Shown here one piece after another: positions 25,488-34,020 of a stretch of DNA of 48,190 nucleotides. The stretch is taken from the NCBI GenBank assembly GCA_964499295.1, contig CAZCKP010000001.1, positions 1 to 48,190 on the forward strand, read 5' to 3'. Both the position numbers and the translations under genes were made by a program. Source of the stretch: an uncultured Synergistaceae bacterium (lineage in GTDB: Bacteria > Synergistota > Synergistia > Synergistales > Dethiosulfovibrionaceae). Position 1 is the first letter of the stretch, and each line of letters opens with the position of its first letter. Below the pieces are notes generated by a model. That model was not told where the DNA came from, made no database searches, and saw nothing but the letters and a program-made list of their open reading frames with translations.

Positions 25488-26873
25488 GTGAAAAAAAGCA
25501 CCTTCAAAAGCTGGGAGCGCTATAAAGGGACTCCTGAGCTGGCTAAAGCGTCGGCAGCGATAATGGACCTGGTAGGAAGCTGCAAAACCGAGCGGGAACT
25601 GATCCGGGAGCTGGTGCGCCGCCTCCAGGGCCTGGGCGCCCGGGCCTTGGGCGATTGTGACGAGGTCTCGCCGGGGCAACTGGTCTACCTGAACTGGAAG
25701 GGCCGAGCTCTGGCCGTCGCCAAAATCGGCCGCCAGCCCGCAGCCCTGGGCGTCAACGTCATCGCCTCCCACGGCGACGCGCCCCGGGTGGACCTGAAGG
25801 AGCGACCTCTCTACGAAAAGGACAACCTGGGACTGCTGGACTGCCACTACTACGGCGGCATCAAAAAATACCAGTGGACCAACGTCCCCTTGGCGCTGCA
25901 CGGCGAGGTCTACGACGGCGTCAGCGAGCGCCATCTGGTGATCGGCGAGGATCCTTCCGATCCTCTGCTGGTGATCCCCGACCTGGAGCCCCATCTGGAC
26001 CGGGAGCTGACCAAGCGCAGCGCCGCGGAGGCTGTCACCGGCGAGGACCTAGACGCCATCGCTGGGAGCTGTCCCGCCGCCGAAGGCTCCGATGGGCTGG
26101 AGATTCTGGCGCCCCTGAAGGCCCTCCTGAAGGACCGCTACGGCCTTAGCGACCTGGCCCTGGCCTCGGCCGATCTGTCGCTGGTCCCTGCCGGACCGGC
26201 CCGGGAGGTGGGGCTGGATCGGGCCATGATCGGGGCCTACGGCTTGGACGATAGGGTCTGCACCGCCCTGTCCTGGCAGGCTCTGCTGGACCTACAAGAG
26301 ACGCCGGAACGCACCGCCGTCATGATGGTCTTCGACAAGGAGGAAATCGGCAGCGACGGCCTAGGCGGCGCCGACGGCGCCCTGACGGAGAACTTCTTCG
26401 CGGAACTGCTGCGGCTCCAGGGCGAGGGGGCCAGCGTCGGCGAGATCTGGGCGGCCATGGGCCGCAGCGTGGCCATCAGCGCCGACGTGACATCGGGGCG
26501 CAATCCCCTATACGGAAAACACTACGTCCGGGACCAACAGGCCCTGGTGGGCAACGGCGTGGTGGTGGTCAAGTTCACCGGCTCCGGCGGAAAATACGCC
26601 GCCAGCGAGGCCCGGGGGCAGTGCGTGGCCGCTCTGTTGGCCATCCTGGAGGAGGGCGGCGTACCCTGGCAGGTGGGCAGCTTCGGCATCGTCGACAAGT
26701 CTGGCGGCGGCACCTTGGCCAAATTCCTGGCCCGGCGGGGCATGGACGTGGTCGACTTGGGGCCGGCGCTGATCTCCATGCACTCGCCGCTGGAACTGGT
26801 CAGCAAGGCCGACGGCGCCGCGGTATGGGACTGCTTCCGGCTGTTCTGGCAGCACATGGCCGGACTGCCATAA
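25488..26873 (+). CDS. M18-family aminopeptidase (aminopeptidase 1-like)
   Basis: Track ORF 25386..26873 trimmed to the GTG at 25488, 7 nt after AGGAGG. VKKSTFKSWERY...CKTERELI and later FDKEEIGSDG and ISMHSPLE blocks resemble M18 aminopeptidases. Confidence 0.78.
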   Translation: MKKSTFKSWERYKGTPELAKASAAIMDLVGSCKTERELIRELVRRLQGLGARALGDCDEVSPGQLVYLNWKGRALAVAKIGRQPAALGVNVIASHGDAPRVDLKERPLYEKDNLGLLDCHYYGGIKKYQWTNVPLALHGEVYDGVSERHLVIGEDPSDPLLVIPDLEPHLDRELTKRSAAEAVTGEDLDAIAGSCPAAEGSDGLEILAPLKALLKDRYGLSDLALASADLSLVPAGPAREVGLDRAMIGAYGLDDRVCTALSWQALLDLQETPERTAVMMVFDKEEIGSDGLGGADGALTENFFAELLRLQGEGASVGEIWAAMGRSVAISADVTSGRNPLYGKHYVRDQQALVGNGVVVVKFTGSGGKYAASEARGQCVAALLAILEEGGVPWQVGSFGIVDKSGGGTLAKFLARRGMDVVDLGPALISMHSPLELVSKADGAAVWDCFRLFWQHMAGLP

Positions 26874-26881
26874 CGACACCA

Positions 26882-26925
26882 CGAGAGGGCGCACCGCCAT
26901 GGGGGTGCGCCCTCTCGCGCTTTTC
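26882..26925 (+). terminator. Rho-independent terminator after the aminopeptidase gene
   Basis: Perfect 14-bp stem CGAGAGGGCGCACC/GGTGCGCCCTCTCG with an 8-nt loop, followed by CGCTTTT. Confidence 0.7.
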
Positions 26926-26928
26926 CAG

Positions 26929-28665
26929 CTAGGGTTGCACCATCAGAGGCGCCTGAACCCGGCCTTCCACCACGTATTCCGAACGGAAGACCTGTAGAGA
27001 TCCCTGGGCCATCTTGCGACGGCGGGCCTCGCCGGGGAATTCACTGTAGGGCGCCCCCTCGACAGGCATGTATTCCAGCTCCACCTGGACCTCGCAGGCC
27101 CGCTCGGAGCTGGAGATCTCGTTGAGCATCTCCTCCAACGACGAGAGCCTGTGGTCCATGCCCTCGGGGTCGATCTCGCCCAGACCGTCGCCGCCTCGCA
27201 CCGTGACCCAGCAGGGGCCCACGGCATCGTCAGGAACCCGCAGGCGGAATTGGCGCTGCACCGCCGCACGCCGCCAAGGACGCAAGGTCACCGTGGCAGT
27301 CACCTCGTCACCGGGGGCCGCCTCCTGAGTGTCCAGCTCGACGCGCTCCACCAAGAGGCGTTCCGTCGACGAGGACACCGACAGGGCCAGCTTCAGCTCC
27401 AGAGGCATCAGTGAGACGAAGGGGTTCTGGATCAGATGGGAGATCACCGTAGACAGGGGGATCATGACGCTGCCCATCACATCATCGGAGGCCCAGACCC
27501 GATCCTCAAAGGCCCAAGGCTTCACCAAGGCTCCACCCTGGAAGGTGAGGCTGTATCGGGCCGATCCCCCTCCGGTGCGACCCAGGATCCTGTCCGACGC
27601 TCCCGAAAGCAGGTCCGGCAGCACCATAGAGGCTACGTTGACGTCGGGAATCATCCGGAACCGCCGTTGCTCGGTGACGCCCCGGTCCCGGTCCTCCACG
27701 TCGACGGTCACCGAGATGGCGGGGCCGAAGCGATTGAAATACCCACCCAGACCCTCGGGCCGGTCCTGGGTGACCAGCCCGACGATGCGGCCCGGCGACA
27801 TCAGCTTAAAGGGCGCCTCCAGGCTGGGGATAACGCTGTGGACCCAGCCCTCCGCCAGGGGATAGGACACAGCTCCCCAGGCCTTGAAGGAATGGCCAAA
27901 GGCCAAAAAGCGGCCGTCGTCGCTCACCGCAGACAAAGTGCCCGAGGCGTCCAGGGACACGTCGCCCCAGACCAGCAGGGCCGTCACGGCCTGGCCCGGC
28001 CGGAGGTTCGCTGGGGTCGAGGCGTCGGCTACCACGGGACCGCTGCCGCCCACCACGACGCTGTTCAGCCTTTTACCCAGACGCTCCATGGCCCGTCGGC
28101 TGATGCCCGATGCCGTCAGGACGGTGCCGTAGGGGCGGGCCTCCAACGGCGGCAGGGCGACGCCGGCCCTGTCCGCCAACTCCCTAATGGTGTCGTCCCA
28201 GCGGAGGGGGGCCTTGGTGCGGTGCTCCAGGGTGGAGGCCATGGGAGGCACCGCGTCAGGGTAGTCGAAGATCTTGACCATGTCCTCGATGGCGGTGACC
28301 AGCCCCAGCCGATGGGTGCTGAAGTCCCAGGCGAAGCTGACGGCACCAATCAGCTTGTCGTCGATGTAGACCGGCGAGCCGCTCATGCCGGCGGCTATGC
28401 CTCCGGCCTCTTCGATCACCGGGCCCCAGGTGCGGATCAGGATCAACCGAAAGGGCTGCGGCGACTGGGGCGCCAGATCCAAAATTTCCACTGGGAAGGT
28501 GACCACGTCGCGACCGCGGACCACCGTCTTGGCGTAGCCTCTCATGCCGGGGCGGATGTCCGAATAGGCCATGGTTGGCTCGTCGGGGACAAAGGGAGCC
28601 CCCCAGGACGCCGTCGCCGCCAACAGCCAAACGACGGCCCCCCACAGAGAAAGGCGTTTTTTCAT
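26929..28665 (-). CDS. Secreted SpoIVB/S55-type serine peptidase domain protein (putative)
   Basis: Track ORF trimmed to MKKRLSLWGAVVWLLAATASWG (signal peptide); its ATG forms an ATGA overlap with the prfB stop. GGIAAGMSGSPVYIDDKLIGAVSFAW resembles the S55 Ser motif. A later GTLSAVSDDGRFLAFGHSF block is also present. Confidence 0.55.
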   Translation of the reverse strand: MKKRLSLWGAVVWLLAATASWGAPFVPDEPTMAYSDIRPGMRGYAKTVVRGRDVVTFPVEILDLAPQSPQPFRLILIRTWGPVIEEAGGIAAGMSGSPVYIDDKLIGAVSFAWDFSTHRLGLVTAIEDMVKIFDYPDAVPPMASTLEHRTKAPLRWDDTIRELADRAGVALPPLEARPYGTVLTASGISRRAMERLGKRLNSVVVGGSGPVVADASTPANLRPGQAVTALLVWGDVSLDASGTLSAVSDDGRFLAFGHSFKAWGAVSYPLAEGWVHSVIPSLEAPFKLMSPGRIVGLVTQDRPEGLGGYFNRFGPAISVTVDVEDRDRGVTEQRRFRMIPDVNVASMVLPDLLSGASDRILGRTGGGSARYSLTFQGGALVKPWAFEDRVWASDDVMGSVMIPLSTVISHLIQNPFVSLMPLELKLALSVSSSTERLLVERVELDTQEAAPGDEVTATVTLRPWRRAAVQRQFRLRVPDDAVGPCWVTVRGGDGLGEIDPEGMDHRLSSLEEMLNEISSSERACEVQVELEYMPVEGAPYSEFPGEARRRKMAQGSLQVFRSEYVVEGRVQAPLMVQP

Positions 28666-29757
28666 CGCGACCACCTGAGATAAGCCAAAATGAACCGATC
28701 CAAGTCGCCGTCCAAGACGGCTGTGACGTTGCCCGTCTCCTCGCTGGTGCGATGGTCCTTGACCATCGTGTAGGGATGGAGCACATAGGAGCGGATCTGG
28801 TTGCCCCAGCTACTCTCCTTTTTCTCGCCCGACAGGGCGTCCATCTCAGCCTGGCGCTGCTGGCACTGGAGCTCGTAGAGCCTCGACTTCAGGACTTCCA
28901 TGGCCGCAGCCTTGTTCATGTGCTGGGATCGCTCGTTCTGGCAGCTCACCACAATGCCCGTGGGCAGGTGGGTGATCCGCACCGCCGAGTCGGTCATGTT
29001 CACGTGCTGGCCTCCGGCGCCGCTGGAGCGATAGGTATCGATCCGCAGCTCATCGGGAGCGATCTGGACCTCGGCGCCCTCGGGCAGTTGAGGCGAGACC
29101 ACTACCGACGAAAAGCTAGTATGGCGCCGCTTAGCGGCGTCAAATGGCGAGATCCGCACCAGCCTGTGGACGCCGATCTCCGATCGCAGGTAGCCGTAGG
29201 CACAGTCGCCGCCGACGGTCATGGTCACGCTTTTTATGCCGGCCTCCTGGTCCTGCTGGAAGTCCAGGACCTTGACCTTGTAGCGGCGGCCCTCGCACCA
29301 CCGCAGGTACATGCGGTAGAGCATCTCCGCCCAGTCCTGGGAGTCCAACCCTCCGGAACCGGCGTGAACCGACAGGATGGCGCTGCTGCGGTCGTAGGGT
29401 CCCGACAGCAGCAGTTCCATCTGTCGCCGCGACATCTCCTCTCGAAACTCCTGGCTGCGGCGGCTGAACTCACCTTCCAGCTCAGAGTCGTCGTCCTGGG
29501 CCAGTAGCTCCGCCAGAGCCGTCAAGTCCTCCCACTCCCTGCAGAGCTCTTGCCACCGCGTGGCCGCGGCCTCGTGACGGGCCAGATCGGCGCTGACCCT
29601 TTGGGCGTCGGGAGAGGACCAAAAGTCGCTTTGCGACGAGAGGCTATGAAGCCGTTCTATCTCGGATTGTAGGCCAGGCAGGTCAAAGACTTTCCTGCAG
29701 TTCCGCCTTTAGGGCCTGCAGTTCCTCCATAACCGTGGTGATAGGCACGCTCGCCAT
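28662..29757 (-). CDS. prfB: Peptide chain release factor 2 (needs programmed +1 frameshift; join 29757..29686 and 29684..28662 on the minus strand)
   Basis: Frame 0: ATG 29755-29757, MASVPITTVMEELQALKAELQESL, then in-frame TGA (29683-29685). The +1 frame continues DLPGLQSEIERLHSL... into track ORF 28662..29525 (SPF tripeptide motif in RISPFD, GGQ in GAGGQHVN). The total is 364 aa, the usual RF2 size. Confidence 0.92.
29682..29688 (-). other. RF2 autoregulatory +1 frameshift site CUU UGA C
   Basis: The minus strand reads ...CAGGAAAGU CUU UGA CC.... This is the canonical slippery CUU-UGA-C heptamer. The upstream SD-like element (AGGA) is weaker than the E. coli AGGGGG. Confidence 0.85.
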
Positions 29758-29839
29758 CGATCGGACCTCCTCAAAAAGACGTCGTTCCTTCGGGATCATC
29801 CCTTCAGAATCCTGCTTTCAGGATCGCCGAAGATAGATC

Positions 29840-29848
29840 ATTATAGCA
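29840..29848 (-). promoter_or_regulatory. Candidate extended -10 promoter of prfB
   Basis: The minus strand reads TGC TATAAT (TATAAT = 29840-29845), about 80 nt upstream of the prfB ATG. No good -35 element. Confidence 0.45.
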
Positions 29849-29851
29849 TCA

Positions 29852-29880
29852 TCGACAGAGCCCCAGGAAGAGTATAGAAT
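29852..29880 (+). promoter_or_regulatory. Candidate promoter of selD
   Basis: TCGACA (29852-29857), 17-nt spacer, TAGAAT (29875-29880), about 35 nt upstream of the selD ATG. It lies back-to-back with the prfB -10 element. Confidence 0.5.
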
Positions 29881-29915
29881 GATGCCCAATCTTACATGAA
29901 AGGGGGGAATCGCCG

Positions 29916-30953
29916 ATGGCACCGCAACGACGGCTGACCCAGCTGACTGGCAGCGGCGGCTGAGCCGCTAAAATAGGTCCGGAGGACCTACAGAAAATTC
30001 TGGCCGCCCTCCCCCGCCCTCAAGACCCCAGGTTGCTCTGTGGCTGGGAGGGAGGCGAGGACGCCGCTCTATGGAAACTGGACCAGCACCGGGCGGGAGT
30101 CCTCACCGTGGATTTCATCACCCCGGTGGTGGACGATCCCTACCTGTGGGGACAGATCGCCGCGGCCAACGCCATCAGTGACGTCTTCGCCATGGGAGGA
30201 CAGCCCTTGGTGGCCCTCAACGTGGTGGCCTTTCCCGTCAACTGCCTGCCACTGGAGACCCTCCAGGCGGTGATCGACGGCGGGGCGTCAAAGGTCACCG
30301 AGGCCGGAGCCTTTCTGGCCGGAGGTCATAGCCTAGAGGACCAGGAGCCCAAGTACGGCCTCTGCGTCTTCGGCGAAGCCCTCCTGAATCGGCTTTGGCG
30401 GACCACCGGAGCCCGGCCGGGGGATCGACTGATCCTCACCAAACCCCTGGGCAGTGGCATCGTGTCCACGGCCATCAAGGCCGACATGGCAGAACCGGCC
30501 TGGGCCGCCGAGGCCGCCCGATGGATGGCCAGACTCAACGACCTCCCCCGATTCTTGAGCCCTCAGCAGCGAGAACTGGTCCACAGCTGCACCGACGTGA
30601 CGGGTTTCGGCCTGGCAGGCCACGGCTTGGACATGGTCTCCGACGGCCTGGATCTGGAGATCCACCTGGAAGCACTGCCCCGGTTGGAGGGCGCTCTGGA
30701 GCTGGCCCAGATGGGCCTGGTGCCCCAGGGAGCCTACCGCAACCGCTCCCGCTACGGCCCCTCCATCGACGGACTCAGCGACGACGCATCGACGGATTTG
30801 CTTTTCGATCCCCAGACCTCCGGTGGGCTGCTGCTGGCCTGTGAGGCCAAGGCTGCGCCGTCAATACTGGAACTGGCCCTGGACTGCGGTTTCACCGAGG
30901 CCGCCGTCGTTGGCCGCTTCGTGGAAGGCTCGGGCCGTCTGGTCCTACGATAG
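29916..30953 (+). CDS. selD: Selenide, water dikinase (selenophosphate synthetase) SelD, selenocysteine-containing form (UGA at codon 16)
   Basis: ATG 29916 (AGGGGGG 8 nt upstream): MAPQRRLTQLTGSGG-TGA-AAKIGPEDLQKILAAL, continuing in the same frame into track ORF 30033..30953. The TGA aligns with the Cys/Sec of the SelD G-(C/U)-x-x-K motif (E. coli ...LTQYSHGAGCGCKISP...). 345 codons, the normal SelD length. Confidence 0.88.
29961..29990 (+). promoter_or_regulatory. In-frame UGA (29961-29963) plus candidate SECIS hairpin (29974-29990)
   Basis: UAGGUCC-GGA-GGACCUA is a 7-bp stem starting 10 nt after the UGA, the position expected for a bacterial SECIS. An alternative small hairpin, AGCGGC-GGCUGA-GCCGCU, places the UGA in its loop. 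Confidence 0.55.
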
Positions 30954-31028
30954 CTCCCCTGGCCCCCCGCGCCAGGGGAGCTTCTGGGCCCCAGGCCAAC
31001 GAAAACGGCACTTTGAGGCAGCAACGCC

Positions 31029-31136
31029 ATGGCGCCTTACGGCCTTACCGTCAGGGAGGAAATGGGCCAACTGCTGGACCGAATCGACAGGACCTGCGCC
31101 TGCGTGGAGGCCCTGGTGGAACGAGCCCTGGGCTAG
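31029..31136 (+). CDS. Possible 35-aa small protein co-transcribed with selD
   Basis: ATG...TAG encodes MAPYGLTVREEMGQLLDRIDRTCACVEALVERALG. Third-codon positions are GC-rich like real genes. It lies between selD and the terminator at 31161. The SD is weak (GAGGCAG). Below the track length cut-off. Confidence 0.25.
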   Translation: MAPYGLTVREEMGQLLDRIDRTCACVEALVERALG

Positions 31137-31160
31137 ATCGAAAGATGCCCCTGGAGCTTG

Positions 31161-31188
31161 CCTGGAGAGAGCCTCTCCGGGCTTTTTT
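31161..31188 (+). terminator. Rho-independent terminator ending the selD transcription unit
   Basis: CCTGGAGAG-AGC-CTCTCCGGG stem followed by CTTTTTT. Confidence 0.65.
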
Positions 31189-31251
31189 GCGCCCACACCG
31201 CTGGCACCTTCGGCCAAAAGGAGACAGCTCCCTACTTTGAGAAAGGGGACG

Positions 31252-33738
31252 ATGGGATTGCCGAGACTTCTGTCGAGACTGTTGGGATCCCTGACATCGC
31301 TCTTCGGCGACGGCAACGACCTTAGCGCCAAGATCCAGGAGGCCCTGGAGGAAGAACAGCGGCTCTGGTCCCCCCGGGAGCGCCACCTGGAGCTCAGCAT
31401 GGCCGAGGATTTTCTGAAGCGATGGCGTCCCCTCTACCAAAGGGCCCTGAAGAAAAAGGCCTTGCGCGGTCTGGCTCTGACCAGGGCCAGCAGAGACCTG
31501 GCCGCCAGGGCCTCGCTGTTGGTGGAGCACTACCAGGGATTGCTTCAGCGCCTGGAGGACCACAACCGTCAGGCCCTGGAGCTGCGAGCCGCCGCCGCGG
31601 CAAAGCTGATCCTGCCGGTGGAGGGCAAGGAGCTGGACGTCCAGCAGCTGCGGTGCATCGTCACCGTAGCCCCAAGCCACCTGGTACTGGCCGGAGCCGG
31701 CACTGGCAAGACCATAACCATCGTGGGCTACGTCAAATACCTCCTGAAATCGGGACTGGCCACCGCCGACGACGTGCTGATCCTGTCCTTCACCAACGCC
31801 TCGGCGTCGGAGATGAGCCAGCGGTTGGAGGCCGAGATGGGAATCCCCCTAGCGGCGTCGACCTTTCACAAGCTGGCCCTGGACATCATCACCGCAGTCC
31901 AGGGCAAAAAGCCTAGGATCCGCTCCCAGGAGATGGGCCTTTTCGTGCGGAAACAGCTGGAAACCCTGATTCAGCAACGGCCATACCTGGAAAAGCTGAA
32001 CTTCTACCTGCTGTACCACCAGATCCCCCAGCGATCGGATACGGACTTCAGCAACCCCGAGGAATATCAGGACTACCTACGATCCCATCGGCCCACCACC
32101 CTCAACGGGGAGCCCGTCAAAAGCTATGGCGAGATGGCCATCGCCAATTTCCTGCACCAACAGGGCCTGAGATACCTCTACGAGGCTCCTTACCCTATGA
32201 ACACCCGGACGTCGGAACACGGCCAATACCGCCCCGACTTCTATCTGCCCGATTTCGATGTCTACATCGAGTACTTCGCCATAGACCGACAGGGCCGGGT
32301 GCCGCCCTACTTCAAGGCCAAAAAGGGCATGACGGTGGCTCAGACCTACCAGGAGGGGATCCTGTGGAAACGGGCGCTCCATCGCGACCAAGCCACAGTT
32401 CTGATCGAGCTCTACAGCTACCAGATGCTGGAAGGGACCCTGCTGTCGTCTCTGGAAGAACAATTACACCAGGCGGGGGTGACCTTTGAGCCTCCCTCGC
32501 CGGAGGAGCTGTGGGCCCAGATCAAGGGCCAGGGCAGCCGGAAGCTCGACGATCTAGCCCAGCTTTTCGGCACCGTCATCACCCTGGCCAAGAGCAACGG
32601 CACCACCCTGGAAGAGCTGCGGGAAAGTAGCCGCCATCGCGACGACCGGCGCTCCATCGAGGCGGTGCTGGACCTGATCGACCCGATCTATCGCAACTAC
32701 CAGGAGGAACTGAAGCGGCGAGAGGAAATCGACTTCAACGACATGATCAACCTGGCCTCGGACTACCTGAACTCGGGGCGGTACCGTCACGGCTTTCGCT
32801 ACGTGGTGGTAGACGAGTACCAGGACCTGGCCCGATCGCGATATCGCCTGCTCCAGGCCCTGCGAGAGCAGCAAGAATACCGGCTATTCTGCGTCGGCGA
32901 CGATTGGCAGAGCATCTATCGCTTCACCGGCAGCGATATCTCCTTTATCCTGGACTTCGAAAGGTACTGGGGGCCCTCGGAGATCAGCCGTATCGAGACG
33001 ACCTATCGCTTTCCCCAAAGCCTCAGCGCCATCAGCGGCCAGTTCATCATGAAAAACCCCCACCAAAAGGTCAAAAAACTGCAAAGCGCCGTGTCGGACC
33101 AGGACTTTGCCCTGGGGACCATCGCGGGCTACAACGGCCGCTACGCCATGGACTTCCTGGCCCAGCGGCTGGCGACGCTACCGGAGCGGAGCTCGGTGCT
33201 GCTGTTGGGGCGCTATCACCGGGATCTCCAGATCCTGGAGGGCCAGGAGCACTTCAGCTATCGCTACGACCTAACCGCCAAGAGGATCGCCGTGACCTAT
33301 CGGCCCCGACCGGACTTGGACATAGCCTTTATGACGATCCACGGCTCCAAGGGCCTCCAGGCCGACTACGTCTTTTTGTTGAACAACAAGGCCCAGACCA
33401 TGGGTTTTCCCAGCCAGATCGTCGACGCACCGGTGCTGGCTCTGCTGTTGGAGGACTACGACGACTATCCCTTCGCCGAGGAGCGGCGGCTGTTCTACGT
33501 GGCCATCACCCGGGCCAGAAAGAAGGTGTGGCTGGTGACCCTCAGGAACAGGGAGTCCATCTTCGTCAGAGAAGTAACCGATCTGGCGGGCAGCGCCATG
33601 GAACGAGAGGGAACTTGCCCGCGCTGCGGCGGTCACCTGCTGATCCGCCGGGGCCCCTACGGTAGCTTTTACGGCTGCTCCAACTACGGCGTCAAAGGCT
33701 GCAACTACAGTCGCCCTCTCCCCAAGTCTGAGCCCTGA
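31252..33738 (+). CDS. helD: UvrD/Rep-superfamily DNA helicase, helicase IV (HelD)-like, with C-terminal Zn-ribbon
   Basis: Track ORF 30823..33738 trimmed to Met144 (AAAGGGGA upstream). HelD-like N-region ...DVQQLRCIVTVAPSHLVLAGAGTGKT (motif I), LSFTNASASEM, VVDEYQDL (motif II), IYRFTGSD, HGSKGLQADYVFLL and YVAITRARKKVWLV. The C-terminal CPRCGG...YGCSNYGVKGCNY is a topoisomerase-type zinc finger. Confidence 0.8.
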   Translation: MGLPRLLSRLLGSLTSLFGDGNDLSAKIQEALEEEQRLWSPRERHLELSMAEDFLKRWRPLYQRALKKKALRGLALTRASRDLAARASLLVEHYQGLLQRLEDHNRQALELRAAAAAKLILPVEGKELDVQQLRCIVTVAPSHLVLAGAGTGKTITIVGYVKYLLKSGLATADDVLILSFTNASASEMSQRLEAEMGIPLAASTFHKLALDIITAVQGKKPRIRSQEMGLFVRKQLETLIQQRPYLEKLNFYLLYHQIPQRSDTDFSNPEEYQDYLRSHRPTTLNGEPVKSYGEMAIANFLHQQGLRYLYEAPYPMNTRTSEHGQYRPDFYLPDFDVYIEYFAIDRQGRVPPYFKAKKGMTVAQTYQEGILWKRALHRDQATVLIELYSYQMLEGTLLSSLEEQLHQAGVTFEPPSPEELWAQIKGQGSRKLDDLAQLFGTVITLAKSNGTTLEELRESSRHRDDRRSIEAVLDLIDPIYRNYQEELKRREEIDFNDMINLASDYLNSGRYRHGFRYVVVDEYQDLARSRYRLLQALREQQEYRLFCVGDDWQSIYRFTGSDISFILDFERYWGPSEISRIETTYRFPQSLSAISGQFIMKNPHQKVKKLQSAVSDQDFALGTIAGYNGRYAMDFLAQRLATLPERSSVLLLGRYHRDLQILEGQEHFSYRYDLTAKRIAVTYRPRPDLDIAFMTIHGSKGLQADYVFLLNNKAQTMGFPSQIVDAPVLALLLEDYDDYPFAEERRLFYVAITRARKKVWLVTLRNRESIFVREVTDLAGSAMEREGTCPRCGGHLLIRRGPYGSFYGCSNYGVKGCNYSRPLPKSEP

Positions 33739-33792
33739 AAGTTCGGCTCGCCGTGGGCGATCCGGGGCCGCCATACCATAAATTAATAGGGA

Positions 33793-33821
33793 TTGACAGA
33801 GTCCCGGCTTTGGGATATACC
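33793..33821 (+). promoter_or_regulatory. Candidate promoter of the thiamine-salvage transport operon
   Basis: TTGACA (33793-33798), 17-nt spacer, TATACC (33816-33821). The -35 context GGGATTGACA(G/A)AG is shared with the promoter candidate at 37675. Confidence 0.45.
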
Positions 33822-33825
33822 AAGG

Positions 33826-33922
33826 CCATGGAACTAGGGGTGTCGGTATTCCGGCTGAGAGGAGACGTTCAGTCTCGACCCTTGGAACCTGATCCGGCTC
33901 ATACCGGCGCAGGGAAGTGACC
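33826..33922 (+). promoter_or_regulatory. TPP (THI-box) riboswitch
   Basis: CTAGGGGTGTCGG..CCGGCTGAGAGGAGAC...CGACCCTTGGAACCTGATCCGGCTCATACCGGCGCAGGGAAG matches the THI-box core (GGGGUGC..GCUGAGA..ACCC..GAACCUGAUC.GG.UAAUACC.GCG.AGGGA). It is located ~100 nt upstream of thiT. The downstream CCACTTCC could mask the GGAGTGG SD region. Confidence 0.88.
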
Positions 33923-34020
33923 ACGCTCTTCAAATTCGGAGGCTCTGCCTCTCCCGACGAACCACCACTTCCTAGAAGCCCACCGGCCGGACATCCCTCG
34001 ATCGGTCTGGAGTGGGACCC

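Noticed and set aside
27436-28683. 415-aa ORF antisense to the S55-type peptidase gene
   Set aside because: It has no recognisable domain and its R/G/H/D-rich composition is typical of antisense frames. The sense gene has a signal peptide and a protease motif.
30952-30982. 12-bp GC-rich hairpin overlapping the selD stop, considered as a terminator or as part of a tRNA-Sec (selC) gene
   Set aside because: There is no U-tract after the stem, so it is not an intrinsic terminator. The 30954-31251 spacer has no tRNA-like acceptor or T-arm pattern, so I cannot call selC here.
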